DNA of 64,000 bases, taken from positions 496,001-560,000 of the forward strand of contig OZ025673.1 in assembly GCA_964019335.1 (NCBI GenBank). Direction: 5' to 3'. Under the pieces are notes generated by a model. The model was given only the letters and a program-made list of their open reading frames with translations. It made no database searches and was not told the DNA's origin. Origin of the DNA: Diplonema japonicum. Taxonomy: Eukaryota > Protista > Euglenozoa: Diplonemea. Shown in pieces: positions 33,460 through 45,714 of this stretch. The position numbers and the translations under genes are program-made. Position 1 is the stretch's first letter, and every line of letters starts with the position of its first letter.

Positions 33460-34095
33460 ATACATCACGTAGTCAAGAAGTAGCGAATAAAACGCAACTC
33501 GAAGATGTACATGGGGACACAAGGTGAATAATTATAGACATTAAGAGAAAACTAAATGAAAATGAACGGGAAAAAAAAAGGGAGGAGAAGTTAACGGAAG
33601 GGAAAAGTGACACACCGTGGTGTTTTCCATCATATTAACTTTTTAGCCCCCTTGCAGTTTTCTTTTTTTTTTTTCTTTTTCTTTTTTGCGAGATGTTGGG
33701 GAGGGTGAGAGTAAACAGTTTTCGTTGCAAGAAAAAAGCAACGGAGAGGGAGGGGGGACGAAAAAAAAAAAAAGAATTCATAACGAGCAATACCTTCGAG
33801 ACACGGGTGGGAAAGAGGGAATAAAATATAGGGTCCAAACCTTGGCCTGTCATAGATCTTAGGCTCATACGTGTCTTCCCCTTCCCCCCTTTTTTCTTCT
33901 TCTTTGGGTTTTTGTGGATATTTTTGGTACTATAAGGATAGGATACCCCCCAGTACCATTGTTTGCTCGAATAACGAAGAGCTAAGCTCTAGCCTCTTGC
34001 CAAGTGGGATTCTACTTGTGCAAAAGCATTTCATCTCGCAAGGATAAAAATAGTTAAAAGCAGGGGGATGGTTTAGTCAGTCTAGTCGCAATTTT

Positions 34096-35256
34096 TTAAA
34101 TGTCATCATCATCAGCCTCCTTCGCGGCGAGGTCGTTCATCTCAGCGTCAACGTCGAACTTCTCGTACTTCTGGTTGTTCTTCTTTGCCTCGATCTCGTT
34201 CTTGTTCTTGTGGAGGGAGTATCCGAGGACGCCGAGGCAGAGGGCCATGAGGAGCCAGAGGAGGAGGAAGACCCAGAGGGACATGCAGAGGGATCCGATC
34301 TTGAGGCCCTCGCAGCACTCTCCGTCGCTGGTGGTTCCGAAGGGTCCCCTCCCCAGCTTGAAGGTGTAGTCCCTCTCGGTCACCCCAGAGTTGTGGTTCG
34401 CCACCTCCTGCCACACGGTCTCTCCGTCCTTCCCGGGGAGAACTGTCTTCTTGCAGAGCCTGTAGAAGGTCTCCGGCTCCGTTTCCTCTCCCGTCTCCAT
34501 CATGGTGATCCCGCTGAAGGTGACCTCCGACATCCCCCTGTTCGCCCCGCCGTTGTTCTCCCTCCACCCGCTCAAGAACACTCCCTTCTTGCAGACAGCA
34601 GAGGCGTTCGCGCTCGTCCCCTCTCCCCACCCGAGCGCAACCACAGGCTCGTCAACCCCGTTCGTGAACCTGCACTCATCCGAGATCTCAGGGAACTTCG
34701 CTCCCATCTTCTCGCAGCTCGTCTCGTTCTGCACGTTGTCGTTGTAGTAGGCGGGGATCACCACGTACTCGTCGTCAGCGTTGTTCCCGCACCCGATCAG
34801 CGTCAGCGAGAACTTCTTCTCCACCGTCGGCTCGTTCGGGAAGGTTGTGAACATGCGAGGGCCCGAGGGGTAGCACTCCTTCCGCGACGCGATCACCTCC
34901 CCGCAGTCCGCCACCTGCCCCGTCTGGTCCCTGCACACGCACGGGAACTCAGTCCTCCCTCCAGCCCCGCTCGTGCACGACCCGTACTGGCCCTCCTTCC
35001 CGCTGCACCCGAAGTAAGGGAAGTCCTTCCCAGCAGAGCACTCGCTCCCCGCTCGACCGTTGCTGCACCTCCCCGCCCCGTCCATGAAGTACCCCTCCGC
35101 ACAAGCCGCGCAAGCCTCCCCGGCCGTCGAGTTCATGTACCCCTGGTGGCACACGCAGCACCCGTCCGCTCCCACGTACGCTCGGTTCTCGTTCACAGGG
35201 CACTGTCCCTGAACCGATGCCGCCAAACACACTAAACCGAATAGCAGTTTGTTCAT
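34096..35256 (-). CDS. Cys-rich type I membrane surface protein, copy 4 of 5
   Basis: Identical protein; both flanks unique. Confidence 0.9.
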   Translation of the reverse strand: MNKLLFGLVCLAASVQGQCPVNENRAYVGADGCCVCHQGYMNSTAGEACAACAEGYFMDGAGRCSNGRAGSECSAGKDFPYFGCSGKEGQYGSCTSGAGGRTEFPCVCRDQTGQVADCGEVIASRKECYPSGPRMFTTFPNEPTVEKKFSLTLIGCGNNADDEYVVIPAYYNDNVQNETSCEKMGAKFPEISDECRFTNGVDEPVVALGWGEGTSANASAVCKKGVFLSGWRENNGGANRGMSEVTFSGITMMETGEETEPETFYRLCKKTVLPGKDGETVWQEVANHNSGVTERDYTFKLGRGPFGTTSDGECCEGLKIGSLCMSLWVFLLLWLLMALCLGVLGYSLHKNKNEIEAKKNNQKYEKFDVDAEMNDLAAKEADDDDI

Positions 35257-35393
35257 TGTTCTTTTTTTAACCAAGACACTGAGGTCATTAAAGGTACAAG
35301 AAGTGGGCAAATAAGAATAAAAATCCAAGAACACCCATCGAGCCAAAGAAGAAAAAAAGAAAGGAACCAAAAAAAAAGAACCCATAGAGAATG

Positions 35394-35426
<33 letters not shown>

Positions 35427-35652
35427 GTACTCCTTTTTGTTGGCGTAGCGCTTTTGGGAAAAGCTAAAGGAAAAAAAGAAAAAAGGGGGGGAGACAAAGG
35501 GGGCGAAAAGAAAAAGAAAAAAAAGGGGGGGATAAAAAAAATAAACGTTCACATAAAAAAAAAAGAAACACTAACTCTTTTTTTTTTTTTTTTAAAATTT
35601 TTTTTATGCTAATTTATTTTTTATTTTATTTTTTTTTTTTTTTAAATTCTGT

Positions 35653-36285
35653 TCAAGCCTGGAGCTGGGACAGAATGGCGACACGCTGGGCCCACCACTG
35701 CTTGAGCTCGGCCTTCATGCTCTTGCCCTTCATGTTGGAAAGGCGTGTGAACTGCTTGGAAATCTCATCAGCTCCCTTTGCCTTCATCTTGGCAATGTAC
35801 TCCTTCTCCTTCTCAGAGCAGCCCTCACCGTCGGCAACCTGTAAACATTATTTTTCCCCCTTTTTTTTTTTTTTTTTTTTTTTTTTTCCCATTACCTGAC
35901 ACTTGACCTCAAGGTTCTCCTCAACAAAGGACTTCATGGCATCGTAACTCCTGCCGCTGTTGTACTCCTGGGCCTCAGTGCCCGTTGCTTGTGTGAAGTA
36001 TTTCAGGGTGGGGTATCCCTGGACTCCGTACTTTGAGCCGAGTTCACTGTGGATAGTGGCATCCACATCACCGATCACCACAGAGCTGGAAGACGCGTAC
36101 TCCTCGCCAAGCTTCTCGTAGTCAGGGGCCATGTTCTTGCAGTGGCCGCACCACGGGGCGTAGAACTTCACAAGAACATTCTTGCCGGAGTTGAAGACGA
36201 TCTCCTCGAAGTTGTCAGCCGTCAGTACCACAGACCCTGCAGAGGCCATCGCCACACACATGCTCAGAACAGCAAGACGCGCCAT
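35653..36285 (-). CDS. Single-thioredoxin-domain protein disulfide isomerase with helical C-terminus, 2 exons (intron 35839-35895)
   Basis: Signal peptide, VKFYAPWCGHCK, GVQGYPTLKYF; a GTAATG..TTACAG intron gives an in-frame helical C-terminus. Confidence 0.92.
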
Positions 36286-36497
36286 TTTTTTTTTTTTTTT
36301 CCCTTCGTTCCTTTTTTTTTTTTTTGGTTGAAATTTAAAAAAAATAAATAAATAAATAAAGGAGGGGGGGGGGGAGAAAACTAAAATTTGATGTAAAAGA
36401 GAAGAAAAAAAAAAGTAAAAAAAATAATAATAATTCACGGGGGGGAAAAAGAAAGTTTCTAGATTCTTTTCATCTTCTTTTTTTTTTCTTTTTTTTG

Positions 36498-36697
36498 NNN
36501 NNNNNNNNNNNNNNNNNNNNNNNNNNNNNNNNNNNNNNNNNNNNNNNNNNNNNNNNNNNNNNNNNNNNNNNNNNNNNNNNNNNNNNNNNNNNNNNNNNNN
36601 NNNNNNNNNNNNNNNNNNNNNNNNNNNNNNNNNNNNNNNNNNNNNNNNNNNNNNNNNNNNNNNNNNNNNNNNNNNNNNNNNNNNNNNNNNNNNNNNN
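36498..36697. other. Assembly gap (200 N)
   Basis: Run of N. Confidence 1.
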
Positions 36698-37390
36698 TTG
36701 GGAAAGAACTTTGGGGAGTGACTGGGACTGAACCCCACCAGTTGAGAAAGGGGTTCCTGCAGGTTGCAGCATTATGCCCAACTTTTCTGCAGTTGCTGCA
36801 CATATTCTTCCCCTCCCCCTCACTCCGCTTCCTCTTCGCCGGCCTGCCTATTTGTGACTTTGTCACGATTGGTGCCTGAGGCCATCCTTCACGTTTTCAC
36901 AGGCAGAAGGGGGGCGGGGGGGGGGGGGGGGGGGGGGTGGAGAAGTACATCAGACGCCATGCAGAGACCTTGAGGTACTCTGCGACTGGTCTGATGTGTC
37001 TTTTGAAACCTTGCGGGCCACAGTGCAGATGTGGACACAAGGTATACCCAAATACCGAAAATGCAAAAAAAATTCAAAATTTCGAAAAACTAAAAATAGG
37101 AAGGTTACTAACTATAGAAAGGTTTCATGGGAGAGTGGAAAAAAAGTTCAGGGTTACCGTGGGTGGCGGAAAAAAAAGTTATAGGTTACCGTACTTGGTG
37201 GAAAAAAAGTTCCAACATACATGGTTTAGGGGAAATAAGATTAGGTTACCGTGGACAGTGGAAACTTTATTAAAAAAAAACCGTTTTGGTGGAAAAAAAA
37301 GTTCCAAGTTACCGTGAATAGAGGTAAAAATTCTGCTTACAGTACTTGGTGGAAAAAAGTTATTTGCTCACCGTGAACGGTGGTTTTCTC
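36698..37390 (-). mobile_element. Degenerate Mutator-like (MULE) DNA transposon: transposase C-terminal remnant plus TIR/subterminal repeats
   Basis: SWIM-finger-like GIPCVH and a GRP..K/R-rich..CSNCRKVGHNAATC zinc knuckle, frameshifted. 37100-37390 is built from GGTTACCGT and GGTGGAAAAAAAGTT repeats. The terminus reads GAGAAAACC on the minus strand, next to a T-run. Confidence 0.7.
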
Positions 37391-37444
37391 TTTTTTTTTT
37401 TCTTCCCCCACTCCTCTTCCTGTTATTCGTTCTCAACCGATCAA

Positions 37445-37483
<39 letters not shown>

Positions 37484-39412
37484 AAGTACTCCGCATAATT
37501 CAACTACAGCATAAAACTCTTTAAAGCTTTATCCACCTACCCCCCTCCTCCCCTATTTTTCTTGCATGCGAATAATAAATAAAGAATACATTCCCTTTTT
37601 AACCATCAAAGCAACTACCCAGTAATTTTATTTTTGACCCCACGAACTGCGACCAAGGAAGAAAAAAAAAATCAGATTTTCTTTTACCAGCTGGTGCTAC
37701 AGTAAAAAAGAAATTGGGAGGGGTGTGACCAAACCAGACAGCTCTCAGTTTCAGTCAAAGTAAAGGGAAAAAAAAAAAAAAATAGTTGCCAAATGGTTAG
37801 AAGTAAGAAGAAGAAAGAAAGAAAACCCGAATAAAGAAGAAGAAGCATCTAAACAAACTGCAGGGGGGGGGGGGGGGGGGGACAAAGAATACCCGTGTTT
37901 CAAATAAATAAGCTATGGGGGGGAAAATTATTTTTTGTCTCCTGATACTGCAAAAAGAAAAGATGTGGAAGGGGGTGGGGGGGAGTGAGATTGTACACAA
38001 CACTTTCGCCTTACCAATGCGTGAGTTTTTTTTTTTTTTTTCCGCCAGCCTTTTTTTTTCCCCCCCCTTTTTTTTTTTCTGTATTTCGTCAGGATGCCGA
38101 ATTTTTAAAGTTTCTTTTTTTTTCTTGCCAGGCAAGGGGGGGTTTTTTTTTGTTTCCTTTTTTTTTTTTTTTTTTTTTTTTTTTTCTTCCTAACTTTTCC
38201 TCAATTCAGGCTAGATTTGTAACAAAAAAAAACCCCCCTCCACCAAAAAAAAAAAGAAGGAAAAAAGATCACTGAGAAAGGAGTGCATGTAGATACACCG
38301 CAAAAAAAAAAAAAAAAAGAAGAGCTTTTTATTATTATTATTTTTAAAAGGAGGCGCAGAAGGCAGTCACCCTTTGTTGCTTTTTTTTTCTCTTTTTTTT
38401 TATATTATTGTTGTAATTCTCAATCGCAAAAAGCATATCAGCCCCCTCCCCCCTTGCTCCACCACTAGACACAAGAATTCACTATGACAGAAAACAGCGT
38501 GTTAAAAGATTTTAGAGGACACAGCACCAGGGGGCTGCGAGTGATCATTTCGCAGAACAGTCCTGCTGCAGTAATGGCCGTGTTTTAAAGAGGGGGGGTA
38601 AAAAAAAAGAACCCCCATTTTCTTCTTATTTTCCGCCTCTTTCGCCGCCTTCAAGAGCAAGACACACACAGAAATTTCAATGTAGCTAACAATGGAGTGA
38701 AGGAGGGGGGGGGGTATGGTGTGACACGGCATATTCTTTGTAGTGCTTCGGACACTTTCTTGTTTTTTTTTCTTTTTTCCTTTTTTTTTTCCCCCCTCAC
38801 CCCCCTCCTCCACCCCCTTTTTCTTTTTTTGGTATCGACATACCCGCCAGCTCCAAGAAATTTCTCACAGCAAGCAGTCCGACTGTACCAAGGGAGGGAA
38901 CCACCCAGAAAAAAAAGGGGAGGGGGGGGGGGGGGGGGGGAACACAAAAAATTTAAAAAAAAAAAAAAAAAAAGTGCGAAGTGCGTTGAAGTGTGTTAAA
39001 TGATGCGCATGCACCAACTGAAAAAAAAAAAAACTAACCTGCCGACTGCTAGAGACAAAGGACGGAAACACTCTGGATCAGCGCGATTAGTTGTTTCTCT
39101 GTTTTGAAAAAAAAAAAAAAAAAAGTTGGCGTCCACAAGCGTTTCAGCAGGTGGGTCTGCAGAAAGGCCTTGCTTTGCCAACCGTAAAAAACAAAACAAA
39201 AAAAAAAAAAGAGGAGGGGTGTGTCCAAGAAAAAAAAAAAAAAAAGGAATATATGGGCACCCACGAAAATATAGAAAGATTAGGAAGAAAGATAAGGCTC
39301 GACTGCATTGGTTATTATCCGTGTTGCAGCACAAAAAATTGAATTAATCACGCTTTTGAGAAGAAAGAAAGCAGGACAAATCAGGCCAGTTTGACACACA
39401 CCAATTATGAAC

Positions 39413-39469
<57 letters not shown>

Positions 39470-40556
39470 AGAATAACTACAAACACGGCAAACAAATGAG
39501 ATTTGGACTTTTTTTTCAAAAATTGAAAAATTCAAAATCCGGGACTGAGTTTGTAGGTTTTTTTTTCTCTTTTTTTTTTTTTTTCTCTTATTCTTTCCCC
39601 CCTTAACATATTGCGTTGTGGGCCCTGACCATCTCCTGTCCTGTTCTCCTCCCAAAGGGGAAATATAAAATTAAAAAAAAAAAAAAAGGAAAAAGAAAGG
39701 CTGTGATAATCTCAGAGGAGGAAAATCCCTTCTTCCCCTCCCTTTGACGATAAGACGAGCCCTTATATGGTTTTTTTTTTTTTTTTTTTTTTCTTTTTCT
39801 TTTTTAAATAATGACAACAGACCAGAACAAGGCCTTCCCTTATTACCTGAAAGTAAATAAGAAGAAGAAATACGAATTTAAAAGAAAATTTTATTAGCCA
39901 CACAAATTCAAATCATTGCATTCATTGTGTGCTCAAAGGGGGGGGGGGGGGGGGATAAGGAGAGGAAGGGATGTTAGATACAATTAGTACTTTCTTCGTT
40001 AAATAGTTAGATAAACCTACTTCTTTTAGTTTCTTCTTTTCTTTCTTTTGCCCCCTCCCCCCATCTTCTCTTTCAGTCCTGCACCTGAAAATTCAGAAAC
40101 CTTAAAGAAGATTTAGAATTTTATTTTTCGAATGAAATACCGTTGCAAAGAAATGTTTGAAATTTCCAAAAAAAAAAAAAAAAAAAAAAAGAAAAAAAAA
40201 CCTTTAATGTACTGAGTTTCTTTTTTTTTTTTTTTTTTTTTCCATAGCTTTACTATTTTGATTATTCTCAATACCGTTAGGGAAAAGCAAACAGGAAACG
40301 AATATAATCGACTTTCTGCATGTGGGGGGGGGGGGGGGGGGGGGGGTTGTGTTTTGTGTGTTTTTTCAATTCTCTTTTTATTTCCTTTTTTAAAAAAAAA
40401 GCCCCCCTCTTCCACCAAGAAGAGGGAAAATAGAAATGGTGCCCTCCTCAAAGGCACTTTACTAAGGGCTTTTATAATTATTCTTTTTTTTTTCCCTTTT
40501 TTTTTTTTTATCCAGACTGTTGAAAAATTCTCGATGCAAAAGGAGAAGACAGAGGG

Positions 40557-40594
<38 letters not shown>

Positions 40595-41442
40595 CATCAC
40601 TTTCTTAAAGGATGTGACCAACACAAGGGGATTTTCTTTTTTTCTCCCTCTCAAGGTCAGGACTGCTAATCATAAAGATGAGGAGAAAAAAAAGGGGGGA
40701 GGGGGAGTAGGGTGGAGAAAGAGACAAGAAAAAAAAAGAATTGCGTATAACTGTCCCCCTTCTATTTTTTATTCTTTTCCTTTTTTTCTTCTTCTTCTTT
40801 TTTTTTTTTTACTCGGGCTCTCTTCCTGTAAGTTTTGTACTTTCGCATTAATTGGACTGCCGCCATTCAGGGAACAAGGGACGGGGGAGAGGGGTAAGGA
40901 GGAAAACATAGAAATCAGTAGAAGACAGAAAAAAGAGAGAAGAAAAAAAAAAGGGCAAACAAGAAAAAAACAAGCTGCAAACAAAAAAAAACCTACAGGG
41001 GACCTAAAATCGGCGAATTTTCCCCTGACTTTTTCGATTTTTTTTTTTTTTTTTTTTTTTTTTTCCCGTTCCCTCTTCAGTTTTCTTTTTTGTTTTCTCT
41101 CTTCTGTCTTCTAATTTTCTGTTGTGTTTTTTTTCTTCTTTTTTTTTCTTTTACAGTTTTCTTTTTCGTTAATTGTCTTGTATGTGGTGTGGAAAGAAAA
41201 AAAAGAACAAAAAGAAAAAGAAAAAAAAAGAAAGAAAATGGGGATTTGATTGCAACACTAGGTGGCGTTAAGTGTGCAATGAAGCACGAACTACCTACTT
41301 GATTACAGGGGGCGCTCCTCGGCCGAGCAGTAGAAAAAAAAGGGGGGAGGAGAGTGGGGGAGGGAAGAGAGGGAGAATAAGAAAAAGTAGACAAGAAATA
41401 AAGAAAAGTAATACACGCTCACAACTCGGAGAACACAAAGGG

Positions 41443-41484
<42 letters not shown>

Positions 41485-41568
41485 CTTTAATAAATTTTTT
41501 TGGTTTCTTGACCCTTTTTTTTTTTTCTTTTCTTTCCTTCTTTTTTTTTTTTTTTTTTTTTTTCCAAC

Positions 41569-42711
41569 TCACAAAACATGAGGCAACGGCGCCCATGCCT
41601 GGGGCTGTGTCAAAGCCCCAGTAAGCTGTGCGGAATACCACAAAGGGTTCACATGGATGAGGTGGCAATCAACTTTGTTGCGGCAGCCTTTAGCCGATAG
41701 GTGGTTTGGGCAAACATTCACCTGCGCGGGTACGGGGTGGCCATGGTAGCAGGCAAGACCTGCTGTGGGCTCGAGGCACTCCTTAGGAAGAAGGACGCCT
41801 GTCTGTGAGAACAACATAGGAAGCGGTGCCTTCACGGGGACAGGGGACCCCAGGTCGTCCAAGTTGAGCCCTCTGCAGAGGTGCACACCATCACAGTTAA
41901 CATTCATCTTACAGTACCCATCAATGTGGTACTTGCACAGGCTAGTGGTCTGCACCGTGACCTGGCCAGAGGATGCTTTAGCCAGCGCCCGAAGTCCTTT
42001 AGTGACGATGACCCTGTCGCTGGGCACAGGGCTGCCCCCCACTACCAGCTCACGTTCCCAAGGCATGGTCACAGGGATGGCCAAGTGATGGTTGCAGCAC
42101 CCTTGCTTGCGCCACTGTTCGTGCTTCACATGGATGTTGGGGCACCTCCGTCTCCGTGTGCACCCCTTAGGGGACAGATACGAGCTGCAGTACTCCGGCA
42201 TCACCTTCTCCTCGTCATCTGATCCCGTCACCACTGCAAGCTGTCTGTACTGGTCCCGTCCAAGAGTGTCCTCCGTGTGTCCGAACTTCACGCCCACCTT
42301 CTTCTTGGTGACCGGGTCGACGGCGTGCACCACCTTGATGAAGCCCTTCGGTTCTGCCCCGTTCTTGATTGCAGCGTCCCTGTACCCCTGCAGCACACCG
42401 GGCCTCACGTGGATCTGATTGCAGACCGTGCCCAGCGTGCATCCGCTCTTGGCTCCCGTCTTGGAGTCCATCGGGTGGTTGTCGTTGCACAGGATTGCCT
42501 TCCTCTTCACTGCGTAGTTTGCAAGCCCCTCCGTCATCTCCAGCTCCCGGGACTGCATCTTGATACGCACATTGAGCACAGGGTCGTGCACGTCCACATC
42601 GTCGGGGATCCCGACACGCGGGCTCACCTCAGGCGACAGCAGCTGGGGGGGACCTTCGAAGTCCTCGTCAAAGTCAAGAGCAAGTGTGTGCATGGTGAGC
42701 TCAGGGACCAT
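41569..42711 (-). CDS. Multi-CCCH zinc-finger protein (380 aa)
   Basis: CTLGTVCNQIH, CSSYLSPKGCTRRRRCPNIH, CKYHIDGYCKMNVNCDGVH, CPNHLSAKGCRNKVDCHLIH. Confidence 0.85.
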   Translation of the reverse strand: MVPELTMHTLALDFDEDFEGPPQLLSPEVSPRVGIPDDVDVHDPVLNVRIKMQSRELEMTEGLANYAVKRKAILCNDNHPMDSKTGAKSGCTLGTVCNQIHVRPGVLQGYRDAAIKNGAEPKGFIKVVHAVDPVTKKKVGVKFGHTEDTLGRDQYRQLAVVTGSDDEEKVMPEYCSSYLSPKGCTRRRRCPNIHVKHEQWRKQGCCNHHLAIPVTMPWERELVVGGSPVPSDRVIVTKGLRALAKASSGQVTVQTTSLCKYHIDGYCKMNVNCDGVHLCRGLNLDDLGSPVPVKAPLPMLFSQTGVLLPKECLEPTAGLACYHGHPVPAQVNVCPNHLSAKGCRNKVDCHLIHVNPLWYSAQLTGALTQPQAWAPLPHVL

Positions 42712-42769
42712 TGTAACTGTGGGATATTCGCTTGAGAAAAGGGAAGCTGAAATGTAAGAAAAAAGGAAT

Positions 42770-44248
42770 TTACAGCACTACCTCCACGGAAGTAGGAGGG
42801 GGTGCGGGCGAGCCCACCGTGCTTTCATCCTCACATTTTATCAGCAGCTGGCGCAGCTTGGAGACCTGCTGTGTGGGTGTCGTGTTGTAGGAGAGCAGCG
42901 GCGAGAGCACCAGCTGCGCCTCGTTCTGGACCTGCTTCCCGTGGTTGTTGACATTCTTCCAGCAGCTCTCTAAGTTAGAAACCAGCATGTTGTGCCTGTG
43001 ATGTCTTTGGACCGCTTTGCTTCGCATCATGTTTTCCTTGTGTTCCTGCCTCTTTCTAGCCCGTGCTGCTTTGACCACCTTCTGTGTGTTGTTGTGAGCC
43101 AACATGTCTAGGCTTTCCTGCTTCGACCGTGTCACCACGTCCTGGTGGTCCTTGCTGAACTGGTCGGAGATGTCGTTGAACATCTCCTGCTGGTCCCGCT
43201 CTTTCCGCACTAGCTCTTCGTACCTCTCGAGCACTCCACGTCGCCTGCCTTCAGCGGCTACCTGCGACTCATTGATGTCCTCGTTTGCTGCATGCAGGCC
43301 TGACCGCCACATGTGGTACTTCACATTTTGCTCTGACAGTTTTTGCAACACCTTTTCTCTTCTTGTTTCCGTTATTATGTGTGCCTTCTCTTTGATATGC
43401 TCGGCGTGGGCCTGTTTGTGGCAGGATTTCGCTGTTGTCGTCTCCAATCGACGCTTCTCAAGCGTCAGCACCTTCTTCCTTCTCTCTGTCTCGTTCTTTT
43501 CGCTGTCCGCAACACTCCGTTCATGGCTGTCGTTCACAAGCTCCTTCCCTTTCTGATTCGCACGCAAGGATTCGTTAAAGGTTTCCGCCATCGCCTTCAC
43601 CTTTTCTGCGAGAATCCCGTTTCGCCTTCTGTGTCCCGCCCGACGGCGTTCCTCCTGTGTCTTAGCTCTCTCCTCTTTGAGGCTTGCAACTTGGTCTCTG
43701 TGCTTCTGCATCTGTTCTAGATACTTGGCACGATTCGTGAGGTTGGTTTTACGCCTCTCGTCTGCCTCCCTCCGTTTCTTGTTAGCCTCCGAGAGGCGCT
43801 GGTACCGCTCTTGAAGAACCTGCGAGTCGTGCGACATCTTTGCATTGTGGTCTTTGATCTCCGCTGTCTTCTTTGCAATGATCAGTGCTAAGGTGTGCCT
43901 CACGCAAGCCTTCTTTGAGGCGATCCGGTTCTCAGCAATGTCCCGCAGCGTCAGGCGCTCCTTTTCCCTCCTCCGCAACTCTTCTGCCTTCTTTTGCTCT
44001 TCATTCTCGAGTTTTGCAGCCTCTTCATCTAGTTGCGACAACAGCCCGAGGCGAGTCCTCTCCCGCAGCGCCATTCTTCGCTGTATCACGTCCTCTGGCA
44101 GCTTTCTGCTCTCAACGTCACTCCTCTTAACAGGCCGCAGTTCATCCTTATGAATCCCCAAGCGCAGCATCGCCTCACGCAGCACTCTCGGCTCGTGCAC
44201 CTTCACCTTTGGCGATGGGGGGTGTGGAATGAGCACTCCATTTTCCAT
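42770..44248 (-). CDS. Coiled-coil protein of unknown function (492 aa)
   Basis: Long E/K/R-rich ORF. Confidence 0.75.
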   Translation of the reverse strand: MENGVLIPHPPSPKVKVHEPRVLREAMLRLGIHKDELRPVKRSDVESRKLPEDVIQRRMALRERTRLGLLSQLDEEAAKLENEEQKKAEELRRREKERLTLRDIAENRIASKKACVRHTLALIIAKKTAEIKDHNAKMSHDSQVLQERYQRLSEANKKRREADERRKTNLTNRAKYLEQMQKHRDQVASLKEERAKTQEERRRAGHRRRNGILAEKVKAMAETFNESLRANQKGKELVNDSHERSVADSEKNETERRKKVLTLEKRRLETTTAKSCHKQAHAEHIKEKAHIITETRREKVLQKLSEQNVKYHMWRSGLHAANEDINESQVAAEGRRRGVLERYEELVRKERDQQEMFNDISDQFSKDHQDVVTRSKQESLDMLAHNNTQKVVKAARARKRQEHKENMMRSKAVQRHHRHNMLVSNLESCWKNVNNHGKQVQNEAQLVLSPLLSYNTTPTQQVSKLRQLLIKCEDESTVGSPAPPPTSVEVVL

Positions 44249-44289
44249 TTTTGCCTTTCTGCTTAGAGCTCTGTTCAGAAAATGTAATA

Positions 44290-45714
44290 CTACTGTAACT
44301 GCGTTTCAAGGTCACTGAAAGCCGTACGTAAGTGGGCCATCACCTCTTCGTGCTGCACCCTGTAAGAGCCCCCTTCGTGGGGTATCATGTGGTAGGTAAG
44401 CGCAAGGCGTGCGGAAGTCGTGTAGTAGCAGAGGTTGGCCTTGTGGTAGGGGATCATTTCAATGACATGTGCAGGGGGCGACATGAAGAGGATGTTGGCG
44501 AGGTTGGCACCGTGGGGGCCAAAGACAGTCCCGGAGGTGCGAAAAAGGTGGAGCTGCTTGAGGACAGGCAGCCCAAGGTGGACCTTGAAGGTCTTGTGCT
44601 GGAAGGTTTTCGTTACGTTTAAAAGTACTTCCCTGTAGTTTGAGGGCATCCTGCTGTTGTGTTTGCGCTCAGCAAGCACGACTCTGTCGGCTTTGGTGGT
44701 TTCCTGCGGCAGCGGGCTTAGACCATCGAACACCACCCGCCTTAAGATGAAGAGGGTGCCCGTGAAGACGTTCCCACAGCGCTGGGGTTGTGGGAAATAC
44801 AACTTTTTGAAGAGGTAGTTGCCTGGTTTCAAGATCTGCTCTTTGCCGACGCCTAGAATCTCGAGAAACCTCATTTGGAAGGAGCTCTTGACAGGAAGAA
44901 CTAGTTTGGCATCTCTGTTGTGCTTGAGAACAGCAGCAACAAGTGCCACACGAGGGAGATGCTCGTGCGTCCAATGGAAGTACCCCCCACACCATGAATC
45001 GCACACGACAGCCCCTTGGTCATACGTCACCCATGTCGAAGGTGGTTTCCTGGGTGCCTCCCATAGACAAGCGCCAGTACCATATGTTCTATTGCACATC
45101 ACAGCATACCCTTTCTGCACCCAAGCGTTGCGAAAAACAGCAACATATGAAGGCGGCTGCCAAGGGAGCCTCTGGGCATGGGACACCACAGTGCTGGTGT
45201 TGACTGTGGGGACAAAGGCGGCTTTCCACCCTCCGAAAGGCTTTGTGATGTCGAACCGCGTGTTGTATGAGATTGGGATGTCCGTGCGCACCTCGGCACT
45301 CTCTTCCGATAAACGCACCACTTCTACCGAAGGGTCAGCTTCCAGTGTCTCTAGAAACCTCTTTGTCGTCACCTCTCCAGGCCGTGGCTTCCTGTGGTTG
45401 TACTCGATGCGTTTCATTTTTACACCATCTGGGCATGTCCCCTCTTCGTGCCACGTCACTTCTGGTGCAAGGAACTTCTTGAACGGCTGAAGCAAGTCAA
45501 CTTTTTCTCTCAGCTCCTTTGCCACATGTCTTTTTAACTTTACTTTTACCTCGCTATGCAAACGCTGTCTTCCCACTAAACCCTGTCCCCTGACCACTGA
45601 ACCTTGTCTCCTCACTACTAAGTCCTGTCCCCCCACCGCGAACAGCATCAGCACCGCAAGCCCCACACCGAGCGTGCCGAGTAACAGCGTTGCCAATAGG
45701 CATCTTACCCTCAT
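44290..45714 (-). CDS. Glycosyltransferase family 61 (DUF563), type II membrane protein
   Basis: N-terminal TM anchor; YFHWTHEHLPR and GPHGANLANILFM..VIEMIP motifs. Confidence 0.88.
   Translation of the reverse strand: MRVRCLLATLLLGTLGVGLAVLMLFAVGGQDLVVRRQGSVVRGQGLVGRQRLHSEVKVKLKRHVAKELREKVDLLQPFKKFLAPEVTWHEEGTCPDGVKMKRIEYNHRKPRPGEVTTKRFLETLEADPSVEVVRLSEESAEVRTDIPISYNTRFDITKPFGGWKAAFVPTVNTSTVVSHAQRLPWQPPSYVAVFRNAWVQKGYAVMCNRTYGTGACLWEAPRKPPSTWVTYDQGAVVCDSWCGGYFHWTHEHLPRVALVAAVLKHNRDAKLVLPVKSSFQMRFLEILGVGKEQILKPGNYLFKKLYFPQPQRCGNVFTGTLFILRRVVFDGLSPLPQETTKADRVVLAERKHNSRMPSNYREVLLNVTKTFQHKTFKVHLGLPVLKQLHLFRTSGTVFGPHGANLANILFMSPPAHVIEMIPYHKANLCYYTTSARLALTYHMIPHEGGSYRVQHEEVMAHLRTAFSDLETQLQ

Noticed and set aside
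35848-36866. ORFs spanning the N gap, and N-terminal extensions of the 24860, 34096, 51791 and 5156 ORFs
   Set aside because: Artefacts of Ns, non-ATG starts or low-complexity UTR; the true starts were reassigned to downstream ATGs.
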